From Candidatus Saccharibacteria bacterium RIFCSPHIGHO2_12_FULL_41_12 (GTDB taxonomy: Bacteria > Patescibacteriota > Saccharimonadia > Saccharimonadales > 2-12-FULL-41-12): a DNA stretch of 64,000 nucleotides. A program made the position numbers and the translations under genes. Below are positions 17,818-28,765 of the stretch, in pieces. Below the pieces are notes generated by a model. The model was not told where the DNA came from. It searched no databases and saw only the letters and a list, made by a program, of their open reading frames with translations. The stretch covers positions 81,491-145,490 of the forward strand of contig MGCQ01000009.1 in the NCBI GenBank assembly GCA_001790445.1, read 5' to 3'. The first letter of the stretch is position 1, and each line of letters starts with the position of its first letter.

Positions 17818-18855
17818 ATGGCGATAGAGAGAATTACCCAACCAGAGCCGGATGAAATTGAGCTAAAGGAAGAGGTTACTCTCCGGCCGAAGGATTTCAA
17901 AAGTTATGTTGGACAGGAACGCCTAAAGAAAAACGTCAAGCTAGCTATCGATGCCGCCAAAAAACGAGGTGAACCGATTGACCATGTTTTGCTATATGGT
18001 CCACCAGGACTTGGCAAGACAACCATGGCGCATGTTATAGCCAATGAGATGGGAGCAGCACTGCGCGTGACTTCCGGTCCTGCCATTGAGAGAGCAGGTG
18101 ACCTGGCCAGCATGTTGACCAATCTTCAAGATGGAGACATTTTGTTTATTGATGAGATTCACCGGCTTAATCGCTCAATAGAAGAGATACTGTATTCTGC
18201 AATGGAGGATTTTAAACTTGATATTATGATCGGCAAAGGACCAAGCGCCAAGAGTCTGCGACTCGATTTGCCAAGCTTTACCATAATTGGCGCGACAACA
18301 AGAACGGGGTCTTTGGCGGCGCCACTGCGAGATAGATTTGGTATTCAGCATCGCCTGGAATTTTATAACGAGGACGAAGTAAAGCAGATTATTAAAAGAA
18401 CAGCTAAAATATTGGGGGTAGATATAGATACAGCAGCAGCTGAGCATCTTGCTAAAAGATCACGATTAACTCCTAGAATTGCCAACAGACTGCTGAAGAG
18501 AGTTCGTGATTACGCAGATGTGAACGGAGACGGAATTATCGACGCATCTATCAGTCAAAAAGCGATGGGGCTACTTGAAATTGATGAGCTTGGGCTTGAC
18601 CCGGCCGACAGAAAGATACTAGAGACTATGATCGATAATTACCAAAATCGTCCAGTAGGGCTTGATACAATTGCTGCACTAACGGGAGATGAAAAGGTGA
18701 CTATAGAAGATTTCTTTGAGCCATATCTTATGCAAATAGGGTTACTAGAGAGAACGCCAAGAGGACGAAAGGCTACGCCAAAGGCCTACAAACATCTTAA
18801 AAAAGACTTTCCAAAAGGAGCGAAAGGTAATCCGGAGCAAGAAAAACTGCTATAA
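17818..18855 (+). CDS. ruvB: RuvB
   Basis: [24 protein letters not shown]. Confidence 0.98.
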   Translation: MAIERITQPEPDEIELKEEVTLRPKDFKSYVGQERLKKNVKLAIDAAKKRGEPIDHVLLYGPPGLGKTTMAHVIANEMGAALRVTSGPAIERAGDLASMLTNLQDGDILFIDEIHRLNRSIEEILYSAMEDFKLDIMIGKGPSAKSLRLDLPSFTIIGATTRTGSLAAPLRDRFGIQHRLEFYNEDEVKQIIKRTAKILGVDIDTAAAEHLAKRSRLTPRIANRLLKRVRDYADVNGDGIIDASISQKAMGLLEIDELGLDPADRKILETMIDNYQNRPVGLDTIAALTGDEKVTIEDFFEPYLMQIGLLERTPRGRKATPKAYKHLKKDFPKGAKGNPEQEKLL

Positions 18856-18863
18856 TCAAAATT

Positions 18864-19445
18864 ATGCATCAAGACAATTACCAAGGACCAAGTTCTGAGA
18901 CCAAAGACATTAATATCAGCGATATAAGCAGTGGGGAGCAGAAACTAGCAGAGATTAGGCGTCATCCTTTTGGGATAATTATTATTTATGTTCAAGCGTT
19001 GCTAGCTTTGTTGCTGTCAACATTGTTGGTTGTTTTTTTACTGCCAGGTGTTATTAAAACTTTGGGAGTCTCAGCTACGACAACGACAGCAATTGTCGGA
19101 CTTCTCGGGCTGATTGTCTTAATTTTAGTCATTATATTTCTGTTGCTTGCGACTTGGATTTATCACAGAAGTCTCTTAGTCGTAACCACCAGAAATGTCA
19201 CTCTAACCAACCAAATCGGACTGTTTAACCGTAAAATCTCAGAAATTGCTATGACAAATATTGAAGATGTTACTAGCCAAAAAGAGGGAATATTTCCGAC
19301 TTTATTTAATTTTGGGGTTCTCAAAGTAGAAACGGCAGGTGAGCAGTTTAATTTTCATTATACTTACTGTGTTAATCCTGATGTTTCAGCAAAAATCATC
19401 CTCGATGCTCGGGAAGCTTTTATTATGGGACACAAACCCGAATAG
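18864..19445 (+). CDS. Membrane protein with bacterial PH domain
   Basis: Two TM helices then VTTRNV..GLF..IEDVT..FNFGVLKVETAG. Confidence 0.75.
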   Translation: MHQDNYQGPSSETKDINISDISSGEQKLAEIRRHPFGIIIIYVQALLALLLSTLLVVFLLPGVIKTLGVSATTTTAIVGLLGLIVLILVIIFLLLATWIYHRSLLVVTTRNVTLTNQIGLFNRKISEIAMTNIEDVTSQKEGIFPTLFNFGVLKVETAGEQFNFHYTYCVNPDVSAKIILDAREAFIMGHKPE

Positions 19446-19454
19446 AAAAGCAAT

Positions 19455-19751
19455 TTATTGATCAGAAAATGGGTTGTTTCTTGCATCCTTGAAGAGTGCT
19501 TGAACAGGGACGCTTTCATCTTGAAGTTTTTGAATCTTTTCAAGTGAGTCTTGATCAATTGTTGGGCCTTTTGTCTCTGCTAGCTTCTGGGTCAGTTGCT
19601 CATTGGTTGGTGATTGAGAAGAGAGTTGGTTAATTCGAAAAATTATTGATGAGTAAAGCAATATTATAAATACCATAAAGATCATTTTGTAATATTTGAT
19701 TAAGGCTTCACGGGTTTTATCTATGTAGAGAGAATAGTTGATGTTTTTCAT
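19455..19751 (-). CDS. Pilus-operon small membrane protein (PilP position)
   Basis: 98 aa, one TM, C-terminal RNNPF; last gene of the pilMNO run. Confidence 0.65.
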   Translation of the reverse strand: MKNINYSLYIDKTREALIKYYKMIFMVFIILLYSSIIFRINQLSSQSPTNEQLTQKLAETKGPTIDQDSLEKIQKLQDESVPVQALFKDARNNPFSDQ

Positions 19752-20398
19752 TTTTTTGCCTCTGGTTTTACGTAAACTCTTAGGGTTATATTGTAGGTCA
19801 GTTTGTCTCCGCGTTTGCGGTCAGGCGTCAAGGAAATATTGGTAATATGAGCCGTTCTTCTGTTAGACTCTAGCCCATTCATAAATTTAGTTATATTATC
19901 AAAAGATACAAGACTATTCGAGTCGTTAGCTAGAACAATTTCCATAGTATAGACACCGCTAATGCCGTCAACCGGCTTCACCTGAGTGATTGGTGGGGTT
20001 GTTTGTTTTGGAGCGGTTGTGGCAGATTTGTCCTCTGTTTTAGGTACGGGGACAGCTTTTTGGCCTAGAGTAGAAGTGCTAAATGTTATTGTTTTTACTG
20101 GGACTCCGTTGTTCTCAGCAATCTTGTATATTTCTCTAAGTGTTTTTGCTTGGTCTTTATCTTGAGGAACGATACTTTTGGTCATTTCGTTAAGAGAGGA
20201 GTATTTAGCGATGTCTTTTTTGGCTTGTTTAAAGGCAGCTTCTTGAGCTTCCAAGCTGGCAGATTCGACTTTGGTCTGAATAAGTATTTCTGATTGCTTT
20301 TGGAGCAAGACGTCGCCACCTACTGCTACGCCTATTATAGCAAGCACGGTGAGACCAGTAAGAAACACCAAAACAAAAAACAATCTTTTAGCTGTCAT
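19748..20398 (-). CDS. PilO-like protein
   Basis: N-terminal TM, coiled coil, F..GLESNRR; position after pilN. Confidence 0.65.
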   Translation of the reverse strand: MTAKRLFFVLVFLTGLTVLAIIGVAVGGDVLLQKQSEILIQTKVESASLEAQEAAFKQAKKDIAKYSSLNEMTKSIVPQDKDQAKTLREIYKIAENNGVPVKTITFSTSTLGQKAVPVPKTEDKSATTAPKQTTPPITQVKPVDGISGVYTMEIVLANDSNSLVSFDNITKFMNGLESNRRTAHITNISLTPDRKRGDKLTYNITLRVYVKPEAKK

Positions 20399-21018
20399 GG
20401 TGTTTTTTCTCCTGCCTTTGTCGCTTTTGGTGCGTATTTAGGGTCAATAAATAAGTATGGATTATTTTGCTTTTTAAAGGTTGCTTTGATAGTGACACTA
20501 CAAGGATATTGCACGTCGTCGCCAGATTTACAGCCGATATTATCTATGTCTGCTTTTTCAAAAATACCGTTATTTTTATCCTCTAGATTGAGTTGAAGTT
20601 GTGTAGCAGACTGAACATCAAGTGTGGATGCCTTTAGGGTAATCCCACCCTCAATGTTTTCAATATTGAGGCCATCAAGAGCTGCACCGGCTGGCATAAC
20701 CGAACCAATTTGTTTGATAAGTTTAGAGAATAAGACTTCTTTAGACAAGACCTGAAGAGTTAATCTTATGTTGTCAGATATGACAGAAAGTTCCTTATTT
20801 ACGCCCTCTATATTTCTCTCTTTGAGTGTTGCAAGTTTTACGGTGTTTTCTTTTGTTTGGCCTTGCGTGAGGTAACGAGTGTAAAGTAACCCGCTAATAA
20901 CTATTAGAGCTACTCCAAGACCTGAGATAATTAGTACAACAAGCCATCGTAGCAGGACGGTATTTTTACGTGCATAAAAAATACTATCTCTGTAATCTGT
21001 GGGTAGGAGGTTAATCAC
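20395..21018 (-). CDS. pilN: PilN-like protein
   Basis: Starts MINLLP, TM, coiled coil. Confidence 0.8.
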   Translation of the reverse strand: MINLLPTDYRDSIFYARKNTVLLRWLVVLIISGLGVALIVISGLLYTRYLTQGQTKENTVKLATLKERNIEGVNKELSVISDNIRLTLQVLSKEVLFSKLIKQIGSVMPAGAALDGLNIENIEGGITLKASTLDVQSATQLQLNLEDKNNGIFEKADIDNIGCKSGDDVQYPCSVTIKATFKKQNNPYLFIDPKYAPKATKAGEKTP

Positions 21019-22091
21019 GAGAATATCTCCTTTGAGTCAATTAAGGCTAATCCCGCAACAGTTACATACATAGATCTTTCCATTTGAGTAGGATGCTGCA
21101 ATTTGTTAAGATCAATATTTTGCCAAGGGTCACACGTACGGACAGGCAGTCTTAGAGAATTTATTATGTATTCACTGAGCCCTTGCATATTTGCTCCGCC
21201 ACCCATAGTGACTATTTGACCAATTTTAGACTTTTTGTCACCTCTGTCTTCGTAGTAGCGAATCATTCTTTTAATTTCTTTAACCAACTGCTCAAGTTCA
21301 GGTTCCATTGCTTTTAATACTTGGCTTTGTTTTTTACTCTTACTCAAGCCGTATTTGGTCTTGATGATGTGGGCTTCTTCTTGGCTAACAGATAAACTGG
21401 ACGTTAGTCTATCTGTAAACATCTCACCGCCGGTGGGTATGGTGTTGGTAACAATCATGGTTTTGTCATGTATTGTTATGTCTGAGGAGTATGAACCAAT
21501 ATCTATCAGTACAGAGGGCACAGCATTATGTTGGTCTTGTTTCTCGAATAAGCGGGCCACCGCTCCAATATTTGTTTCAAATGCTATTGGTTCAAGCCCT
21601 AACATACGGGCGAGTGCCATATACGAATCAACAATTTTGCGAGGTGACGCCACAACAAGAACCTCAATGTCGTCTTTTCTTGTTTCTATCACCGAATAAT
21701 CAAAATAAAGATCTGCGAATGCCATCGGGATATACTGTTCTGACTCCATTGCCACAGCTTCACTAAGTTGACTAGGCTTTATCTTTGGCAAAGTCAGCAC
21801 CTTGCTAAAGGTGTGGTTAGATGGAACCGTCATAGCGACCCTGGAAGTTGTTATTTTGCCGACTATCTTATTTTGGAATAATTCACCAACGGATTTAGCC
21901 ATGGTATCAAAGTCTTCAATGACGCCGTCTTTAATAGCATTGTGGTCTAGTTTGCCTACACCGTAGGCCTGGAGCTTGCAGGTCTTTTTGTCAACTTCAG
22001 AAAGTTGCATAATTTTCAGGGTGCTAGAACCTATATCCAGACCAAAAATTGGTTTATCTTTGAAAATTAGTGTTTTGTTTTGGCCACCCAT
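21015..22091 (-). CDS. pilM: Type IV pilus assembly protein PilM
   Basis: FGLDIGSS, LIDIGS, MGGGA actin-like motifs; start uncertain (22091-22115). Confidence 0.92.
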   Translation of the reverse strand: MGGQNKTLIFKDKPIFGLDIGSSTLKIMQLSEVDKKTCKLQAYGVGKLDHNAIKDGVIEDFDTMAKSVGELFQNKIVGKITTSRVAMTVPSNHTFSKVLTLPKIKPSQLSEAVAMESEQYIPMAFADLYFDYSVIETRKDDIEVLVVASPRKIVDSYMALARMLGLEPIAFETNIGAVARLFEKQDQHNAVPSVLIDIGSYSSDITIHDKTMIVTNTIPTGGEMFTDRLTSSLSVSQEEAHIIKTKYGLSKSKKQSQVLKAMEPELEQLVKEIKRMIRYYEDRGDKKSKIGQIVTMGGGANMQGLSEYIINSLRLPVRTCDPWQNIDLNKLQHPTQMERSMYVTVAGLALIDSKEIFS

Positions 22092-22150
22092 AATGTTTCT
22101 CATCAAATTATACAATAGTTATGCTTATAGCCACAACACTTCTGTTCAAT

Positions 22151-22187
22151 AAAAAAACTCCGCTGTTCCTAGGAAAGGCGGAGTTTT
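22151..22187 (-). terminator. Intrinsic terminator after the pilin gene
   Basis: AAAACTCCGC..GCGGAGTTTT stem with U7 on - strand. Confidence 0.8.
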
Positions 22188-22208
22188 AGTTTGAAGCTAA
22201 TTTAACTA

Positions 22209-22661
22209 TTAGTTAAGAGAGCTTTTTGTGAAGGTTAGTCCTGTTCCTTCTTCTCTGTTTGCAGTCAATATGTACGAAGTACAGTCAGCTGCAGCTGTAG
22301 TACAAGCAACACCGCCGTTAGTAGCGTAACCATACTCTGTTGCAGATGCAGCAGCAGCAAGTGTTTGTGCGCTCCCTTTAGGATCTTGTAGCGCAGCGCT
22401 ATCTAGACCTTTCATGTTGTCTGTTCTCCAGCTCCCAGTGTTTACTTCTGCTAATGCTGGATATGAGCCATTTTGAGCATAATATGCTTCAAGTTGACTG
22501 TGCAATGCACCGATATCTGTTTGACGCTCTTTATCACGAGCTTTTTGTTGTATTCCACTAAATGTAGTTACCACTAATGCAGCCAAGATACCAATCACAA
22601 CGATTACTATCAATAACTCAACAATAGTGAAACCCTGTTGCTTATTTTTTAGAGAGACCAT
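22209..22661 (-). CDS. Type IV pilin (likely major)
   Basis: QQG|FTIVELLIVIVVIGILAA class III signal; own promoter TTGACT-17-TACTAT, SD and terminator. Confidence 0.92.
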   Translation of the reverse strand: MVSLKNKQQGFTIVELLIVIVVIGILAALVVTTFSGIQQKARDKERQTDIGALHSQLEAYYAQNGSYPALAEVNTGSWRTDNMKGLDSAALQDPKGSAQTLAAAASATEYGYATNGGVACTTAAADCTSYILTANREEGTGLTFTKSSLN

Positions 22662-22780
22662 AAGGACCCACCCTCCTAATTTATTTAATTTTTTGATACG
22701 ATCTCACCGCTAGGGTAAGCATCTAGAAGATATAGTAACCATAAGCGTCACGGAAGTCAAGAGATTTCCCCAGCAAACAC

Positions 22781-24004
22781 TTATTCCTTACCTGCATTTT
22801 GACTTAGGCTAGCGATTGGGCCCATCACACTTGCGGCGATAACACCGACCATGGCGCCAAGCACAATAATCATAACAGGTTCTATCAAAGAGCTAATCCC
22901 GTCAATAACTGCATCGACCTCTTCCTCATAAAAATCAGCGACTTTGAGTAGAATTGTATCAATTTGCCCTGTTTCCTCGCCAATTGCCAGCATTTGGGAG
23001 ACAATTGCAGGGAAGTAAGGGCTTTTGCTAAGAGGTTCAGAGAGTTGTTTGCCAGCTTTTATCTGTTCTGCAGCTTCTTTGAGGTCTTTTTCTATGACTA
23101 AATTACCGATAGCGCCACCGGTTACTTCAAGTGCATCAAGTACGCCAACCCCTGCTGACATTAGCGAAGCAAAAGTTCTGGCAAAACGAGCAATAGCAAT
23201 TTTAATAATAATATTCTTGACAACAGGTATCCTGAGTAGAGTTGCATGGAGTTTGTACTTGCCCTTTGTTGTTTTTATGTAACGACGGAAGAGATATACT
23301 CCGCCAAACAATACGATACCTATAATAATGGCATTGTGTCTCATAAAGTCGCTCAGCCCAAGCATAACTTGGGTATAGATTGGTAGTTGTGCGTTCGGTC
23401 CACCAAGATCTTTGATAATTTTGCCCAATTTTGGAATGACAAAAATCATAATACCAAAAAACGCGACAACAGTGATGCTGAGGATCACTACAGGGTAGGC
23501 CATAGCACTTTTTATTTTTTTTCTGATAGTAGCATCTTTTTCAACTTGGGTGGCTAGCCTTTGCAATATCTCATCCAATATTCCTCCAGATTCACCGGCT
23601 CGAACCATGTTGACGTATACATCGCTAAATACATCAGGATGTTTTGCGAATGCATCCGCAAGTGGCATACCTCCTTCTATATCTTTTGAGATAGCACCAA
23701 TTACGCTCGTGAAGTATTTGTTATCAGATTGAGTCTGCATAGTTGCCAAAGAACGATTTAATGGCACGCCAGCAGATATCATAGTTGAGAGCTGGCGAGT
23801 GAATACCACAAGATCTTTCAGCTTAACTTTGCCTTTGCCAAGAGAGAGTTTGCTAAATCTATCTATTGTTGAACTAGCTTTGATATTCAGAACATGAACA
23901 TTTTGGCGAGATAAGGTGGTGATGGCATCTTCTTTGGTTTGGGCCTCAACCTTGCCAGAGATTTTTTTGCCCTCTTTAGTACCAGTAAATTTATATGATT
24001 CCAT
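22781..24004 (-). CDS. pilC: Type IV pilus platform protein PilC/GspF
   Basis: FTRQLSTMISAGVPL, GESGG.L, GEETG. Confidence 0.95.
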   Translation of the reverse strand: MESYKFTGTKEGKKISGKVEAQTKEDAITTLSRQNVHVLNIKASSTIDRFSKLSLGKGKVKLKDLVVFTRQLSTMISAGVPLNRSLATMQTQSDNKYFTSVIGAISKDIEGGMPLADAFAKHPDVFSDVYVNMVRAGESGGILDEILQRLATQVEKDATIRKKIKSAMAYPVVILSITVVAFFGIMIFVIPKLGKIIKDLGGPNAQLPIYTQVMLGLSDFMRHNAIIIGIVLFGGVYLFRRYIKTTKGKYKLHATLLRIPVVKNIIIKIAIARFARTFASLMSAGVGVLDALEVTGGAIGNLVIEKDLKEAAEQIKAGKQLSEPLSKSPYFPAIVSQMLAIGEETGQIDTILLKVADFYEEEVDAVIDGISSLIEPVMIIVLGAMVGVIAASVMGPIASLSQNAGKE

Positions 24005-24007
24005 ATA

Positions 24008-25819
24008 TTATCTTTCGGAAGTTACTCTTAAGATTTCCTCTATGCTTGTTTGTCCCCGCAGAGCTTTAATGAATCCGTCAATTTGCATGATCACCATGCC
24101 GCCCGCGACCGCTTGGTTTTGTATGGCGTCACTTGTGCCATTGCCAACAATTAATTTCTGGACGTCGCTTGAATTATCAAGAACTTCATAGATACCTATT
24201 CGACCTTTATAGCCTGTATGTCCGCAAGCTTCACATCCATCGTCTTTGGCTTTCCATATTTTCATTATGGTGTCTTCTGTGGTTGAAAGGCTGTCGGTTT
24301 CAGAATGGCCACTTTTGCCGTTGCTTTTGCCAATACCTCCATCGAGTGCTGCTTTTTCGAGTTCGTGGATATATTTCATTTTAGTTTTGTCAACAACTCG
24401 GAACGTTTCATAGATTTTTTTAGTCGTGGTAGCGTCTGGTTTTTCAGGAGATCGACAATCAACACATAGTCTTCTTACCAACCTTTGTCCAACGACTGCA
24501 CGTACAGTGCTGGCAATTAAAAACGGCTCTATCCCCATATCAAGCAAACGGGGCAGGCAGGTGGCGGCATTATTGGTGTGAAGAGTCGCAAAGACTAAGT
24601 GTCCAGTCAAAGCGGCTTGGACGCCAAGCCCAGCTGTTTCGCCATCACGGATTTCACCAACCATGATTATATTGGGGTCCTGTCTGAGTAGTGCGCGTAG
24701 TCCTGAAGCAAAGGTCATCCCAGCTTTTGGGTTAACTTGAGTTTGGTTAGCGCCAGGAATTTTATATTCTACGGGATCTTCTACGGTAGAGATATTGACG
24801 GACGGCTTGTTAAGTAGGCTTAGTGTGCTAAATAGACTGGTTGATTTGCCTGAGCCAGTTGGTCCAGTGACCAAAATCATGCCGTGAGGCTGGATAATTG
24901 CTTTATTGATTGTGTCAAGCGATTTCCCCCAATATCCCAGCTCCTCAAGGGTTAGTGCTTTGCTAGACTCATTTAATATACGCATCACAACTTTTTCGCC
25001 CTCGCTGATTGGCAATGTAGAAACACGTAGCGCGTAAAACCCAGAGCCTATTTGGATTTTAAATCTTCCGTCTTGTGGGGCCCGTCGTTCATCAATTTTG
25101 AGATTGCTGAGAATTTTAATACGGCTAACCAGTGGACCGTGGACTTTTTTGGGCAATTTGTTGGCTTCTTTTAATATTCCATCAACTCGGTACCGGACGC
25201 TGACGTATGTTTCCCTTGGTTCTATATGAATATCGCTGGCAGATGATTTGATAGCATATTCTATAATGAGATTAACAGTTTGGGCGATAGGAGAATCTTC
25301 TGCAAGATCTTCTTCGGATAAATCTTCATCATCTTCGGCTTCTTCTTGGTCTGGAGCAAGGACTTTTGTTAATTCAGAGGATACGTTATCTCTATATTGG
25401 TCCAGCGCTTGAAGTATGCTCGAAGTTGGTGCGACAAACATTTTCAGGTTAGTTCCAATCTGTTTTTGGAGGAAATTGATTGCTTGAACATCGTCAGGAT
25501 CTTCCATGGCAATGAGCTTGCTACCGTCTTCTTCAACGCCAAAAAGGACAACCTTGTATTGTTTGGCAAATTTTTCTGGTATAAGTTTTAGAATTTCACG
25601 TTTTATCTCTTTTGGATTGAGATCAATGAAGTGAGCATCAATAGTCTCGGAATACATTTTGGTCAAATCTTTTTCGCTAATGATATTGTTTTTGACTACA
25701 ATATCTTGAAGCCCTAGTTTTTCGGTGTCAGCTTGTGCTTTGATATTCCCGAGTGCTTCTTTGCCAATTATCCCCGCATCTAGCAGTAATTTTTCTATTT
25801 GTTCGTCGTTTATTTTCAT
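24008..25819 (-). CDS. pilB: Type IV pilus assembly ATPase PilB/GspE
   Basis: ASDIHIEP, GPTGSGKST, LRQDPNIIMVGEIRD, Zn motif. Confidence 0.95.
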   Translation of the reverse strand: MKINDEQIEKLLLDAGIIGKEALGNIKAQADTEKLGLQDIVVKNNIISEKDLTKMYSETIDAHFIDLNPKEIKREILKLIPEKFAKQYKVVLFGVEEDGSKLIAMEDPDDVQAINFLQKQIGTNLKMFVAPTSSILQALDQYRDNVSSELTKVLAPDQEEAEDDEDLSEEDLAEDSPIAQTVNLIIEYAIKSSASDIHIEPRETYVSVRYRVDGILKEANKLPKKVHGPLVSRIKILSNLKIDERRAPQDGRFKIQIGSGFYALRVSTLPISEGEKVVMRILNESSKALTLEELGYWGKSLDTINKAIIQPHGMILVTGPTGSGKSTSLFSTLSLLNKPSVNISTVEDPVEYKIPGANQTQVNPKAGMTFASGLRALLRQDPNIIMVGEIRDGETAGLGVQAALTGHLVFATLHTNNAATCLPRLLDMGIEPFLIASTVRAVVGQRLVRRLCVDCRSPEKPDATTTKKIYETFRVVDKTKMKYIHELEKAALDGGIGKSNGKSGHSETDSLSTTEDTIMKIWKAKDDGCEACGHTGYKGRIGIYEVLDNSSDVQKLIVGNGTSDAIQNQAVAGGMVIMQIDGFIKALRGQTSIEEILRVTSER

Positions 25820-25971
25820 ATAAGGATTTTACCCACCATAAGCATTTTCATTCTAGATATATTTTACCACCAATATTCTGATTTATTGCAAACTAAGGAG
25901 AAAATGGGTATTTTGCAATGAAATTGCTATAATAAACAGGAATAAGGATAAAAATAGAGAGGGTAATTACT

Positions 25972-27000
25972 GTGGCAAAAAAATCAGCAAAATCAGCAAA
26001 ATCAACACCAGAAGAAAACGCAGGCAAGGACCAGGCACTTGGCGTAGCACTGGATACAATTGAGAAACAATTTGGCAAAGGTTCTATCATGAAATTAGGT
26101 GAGGCTCACAAGGTAAATGTGGAAACTGTATCAACAGGTTGTTTAAGCCTTGATCTTGCGCTCGGCGGCGGTATCCCAAAAGGGCGGATCATTGAAATTT
26201 ATGGTCCGGAAAGTTCCGGTAAAACAACGCTGGCTTTGCACGCTATCGCAGAAGTCCAGAGGACGGGCGGTACGGCTGCATTTATCGATGCAGAACACGC
26301 TCTTGACCCGACGTACGCCAAGCGACTAGGTGTTGATACTGATAATTTACTAATATCGCAGCCAGATAATGGTGAGCAAGCACTGGAAATTACTGAGACT
26401 TTAGTGCGCTCCAGTGCAATTAATTTAGTGGTGATTGACTCTGTGGCAGCACTTGTACCACGTGCAGAAATAGAAGGCGATATGGGTGACTCTCACATGG
26501 GTCTTCAGGCGCGTTTGATGAGCCAGGCCCTACGTAAACTCACCGGCATAGTCAGTCGTTCAAATTGTACAGTTATATTCATTAACCAGATTCGTATGAA
26601 GATTGGCGTGATGTTTGGCAACCCAGAGACAACCACTGGTGGAAATGCCTTGAAATTCTACGCAAGTGTTCGTATGGATATTCGTCGAATTGGTCAGATC
26701 AAACAAATTGATGAAGTCATAGGTAGCCGGGTGAGGGTCAAGGTGGTCAAAAACAAAGTAGCTGCTCCATTTAGAGAGGCAGAATTTGATATTATGTACA
26801 ACCAAGGTATATCCAAATCTGGTGATGTGCTAGATCTGGCTGTAGAGCACGAAATTGTTGAAAAAGCCGGTGCTTGGTTCGCCTATAAGGACGAGAAAAT
26901 TGCTCAAGGGCGAGAAGCCGCAAAGAAATATCTAGAAGAAAATCCAAAAATCTTTGACGAAATAACCAAAAAAGTCAGAGAAGCCGCCGAAGAAGAGTAA
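25972..27000 (+). CDS. recA: Recombinase RecA
   Basis: [24 protein letters not shown]. Confidence 0.99.
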   Translation: MAKKSAKSAKSTPEENAGKDQALGVALDTIEKQFGKGSIMKLGEAHKVNVETVSTGCLSLDLALGGGIPKGRIIEIYGPESSGKTTLALHAIAEVQRTGGTAAFIDAEHALDPTYAKRLGVDTDNLLISQPDNGEQALEITETLVRSSAINLVVIDSVAALVPRAEIEGDMGDSHMGLQARLMSQALRKLTGIVSRSNCTVIFINQIRMKIGVMFGNPETTTGGNALKFYASVRMDIRRIGQIKQIDEVIGSRVRVKVVKNKVAAPFREAEFDIMYNQGISKSGDVLDLAVEHEIVEKAGAWFAYKDEKIAQGREAAKKYLEENPKIFDEITKKVREAAEEE

Positions 27001-27004
27001 TCTC

Positions 27005-27592
27005 ATGAAAAGACTTATACCTGTTGGAGGATCTTCTGACAAAACAACCGATATAACTAATAATCTTGTTGAATCTATGCTACGTTATCAGCCTGATAAG
27101 GTAAAAGTTGCTTTTTGTGTCTTTGCTAGACTTGAGGATGATTGGGCAAAGGTTATGGATAATAAAGTAACCCAAATTGAAAAATTTGTCGGTAGGAATA
27201 AAAAAATCTCATACAAATTACTAACTGATGAAAATTTTATTGAGGTATCTGCATGGGCAGATATCATTTTTATGCCAGGTGGCGATCCGTACATATTAAA
27301 AGAAAAATTGGAAAAACATGGAGATCTCAAAAAGCTTTGGGATAATAAGGTTATTGTCGGATCTTCCGCGGGCGCCATGGTAATGTGCAACAAATATGTG
27401 TATCTGCAGGACAAGACAATTGGGCAAGGCTTTGGCTGGCTGGAAGTCAGTTGTTTGCCCCACTATGGTTCAGGTTTTTCAGGATATACGCAAGAAGATT
27501 GGGAACGGGCGGAACTGGAATTACTAAAACAAAGCCCAGGGCAGCCAGTTCTTCGTCTTGCTGAGGGTGAATTTGCTGAATTTACTGTATGA
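27005..27592 (+). CDS. Peptidase S51/PepE-like protein
   Basis: IFMPGGD, GSSAGA, LPHY. Confidence 0.8.
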   Translation: MKRLIPVGGSSDKTTDITNNLVESMLRYQPDKVKVAFCVFARLEDDWAKVMDNKVTQIEKFVGRNKKISYKLLTDENFIEVSAWADIIFMPGGDPYILKEKLEKHGDLKKLWDNKVIVGSSAGAMVMCNKYVYLQDKTIGQGFGWLEVSCLPHYGSGFSGYTQEDWERAELELLKQSPGQPVLRLAEGEFAEFTV

Positions 27593-28158
27593 AAAAAATA
27601 ATAAAGCTAAATTATGAGATTCTCTTTGAGAGGTTTGGTGGAGGTTCGGCGCGACTAGTAGCTATCGCAAAAGATACCGTAACAGAGGCAGACATGGAAA
27701 GAATTGTTAGTATTTGCAATCAGCCGGAAGTAAAAAAATGGGTAACTTTCCAGTACGCAACTGGCCCAAATGGTCAATATACAATTCAGGACGCCAAAGA
27801 GTTCGTAAAGCAGTCAACCAAAGGATGGCAAGAAGGAGAGATGTTCGCTTACTTAGTTAGAGGCGAGTACAACAAAATAGTAGGTGCTATGGGTTTGAAA
27901 TCACCAGAAAATGGCACTGCAGAAGTTGGTTACTGGTCCGACACAGAGGGGCAGGGTGGCTATATGACTAACGCTTTGAACGCGCTATTACTAGCTTCTG
28001 CGGAAGCAGGATTTACCGAGCTGTACACATTCGTAAAACCAGAAAATGATTCATCAATGAAGCTTTGCCTAAGAGCTGGTTTTATTGGGCAACCGCAGAT
28101 GGTTTATGTTGAAAAACATGACGAAAAACTATTAAAATTTGTTAGAAAGCTACATTAA
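27589..28158 (+). CDS. GNAT acetyltransferase (RimJ/RimL-like)
   Basis: AEVGYW, GGYMTNAL, N..S..L..RAGF. Confidence 0.82.
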   Translation: MKKIIKLNYEILFERFGGGSARLVAIAKDTVTEADMERIVSICNQPEVKKWVTFQYATGPNGQYTIQDAKEFVKQSTKGWQEGEMFAYLVRGEYNKIVGAMGLKSPENGTAEVGYWSDTEGQGGYMTNALNALLLASAEAGFTELYTFVKPENDSSMKLCLRAGFIGQPQMVYVEKHDEKLLKFVRKLH

Positions 28159-28164
28159 TAATTT

Positions 28165-28761
28165 ATGAAAATTACTGATATAAAAAAACAAGTTAAACGC
28201 AGTGATAGGTACTCTATATATGGGGACAATAAATATGTATTTTCTTTGTCAGAAAACGAGTTGTTGAACTCTGGGATTAAGATTAACCAAGAGTACGATG
28301 GGGAGGAATTAGAGAGACTGCAGAGGGTTGTAGTGCTTGATAAGGCTTACGACAGAAGCCTGAATATGATATCCAGACGTCCAAGATCTATCTGGGAAAT
28401 GAAGCAATACTTAAAGCAAAAAGATTACTCAGAAGACGTGATAGAAGAGGTGCTTAACAAGTTAAGTAATAGAAAATACATTGACGATCAGAAGTTTGCA
28501 GAGGCTTGGGTTCGTGACAGGCGACTTCTCAAAAAGACCAGTAAAAGACGGCTCCAACAAGAGTTGCGAGCTAAGCGAGTTAGTGATGAAATAATCCAAA
28601 AAGTACTGCTTGATGACGAAACGGATGAACATGAAGTTTTAAAACAGTTGATTGAAAAGAAACGCAGCCAAACCCGCTACCAGGACGACCAAAAACTAAT
28701 CCAATACCTAATCCGCCAAGGCTTCAACTACTCCGACATCAAAGGATTAATAAGCGTATAG
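28165..28761 (+). CDS. recX: Regulatory protein RecX
   Basis: RPRS..EM..YL, YIDDQKFAEAW, L.RQGF. Confidence 0.9.
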   Translation: MKITDIKKQVKRSDRYSIYGDNKYVFSLSENELLNSGIKINQEYDGEELERLQRVVVLDKAYDRSLNMISRRPRSIWEMKQYLKQKDYSEDVIEEVLNKLSNRKYIDDQKFAEAWVRDRRLLKKTSKRRLQQELRAKRVSDEIIQKVLLDDETDEHEVLKQLIEKKRSQTRYQDDQKLIQYLIRQGFNYSDIKGLISV

Positions 28762-28765
28762 TTTT

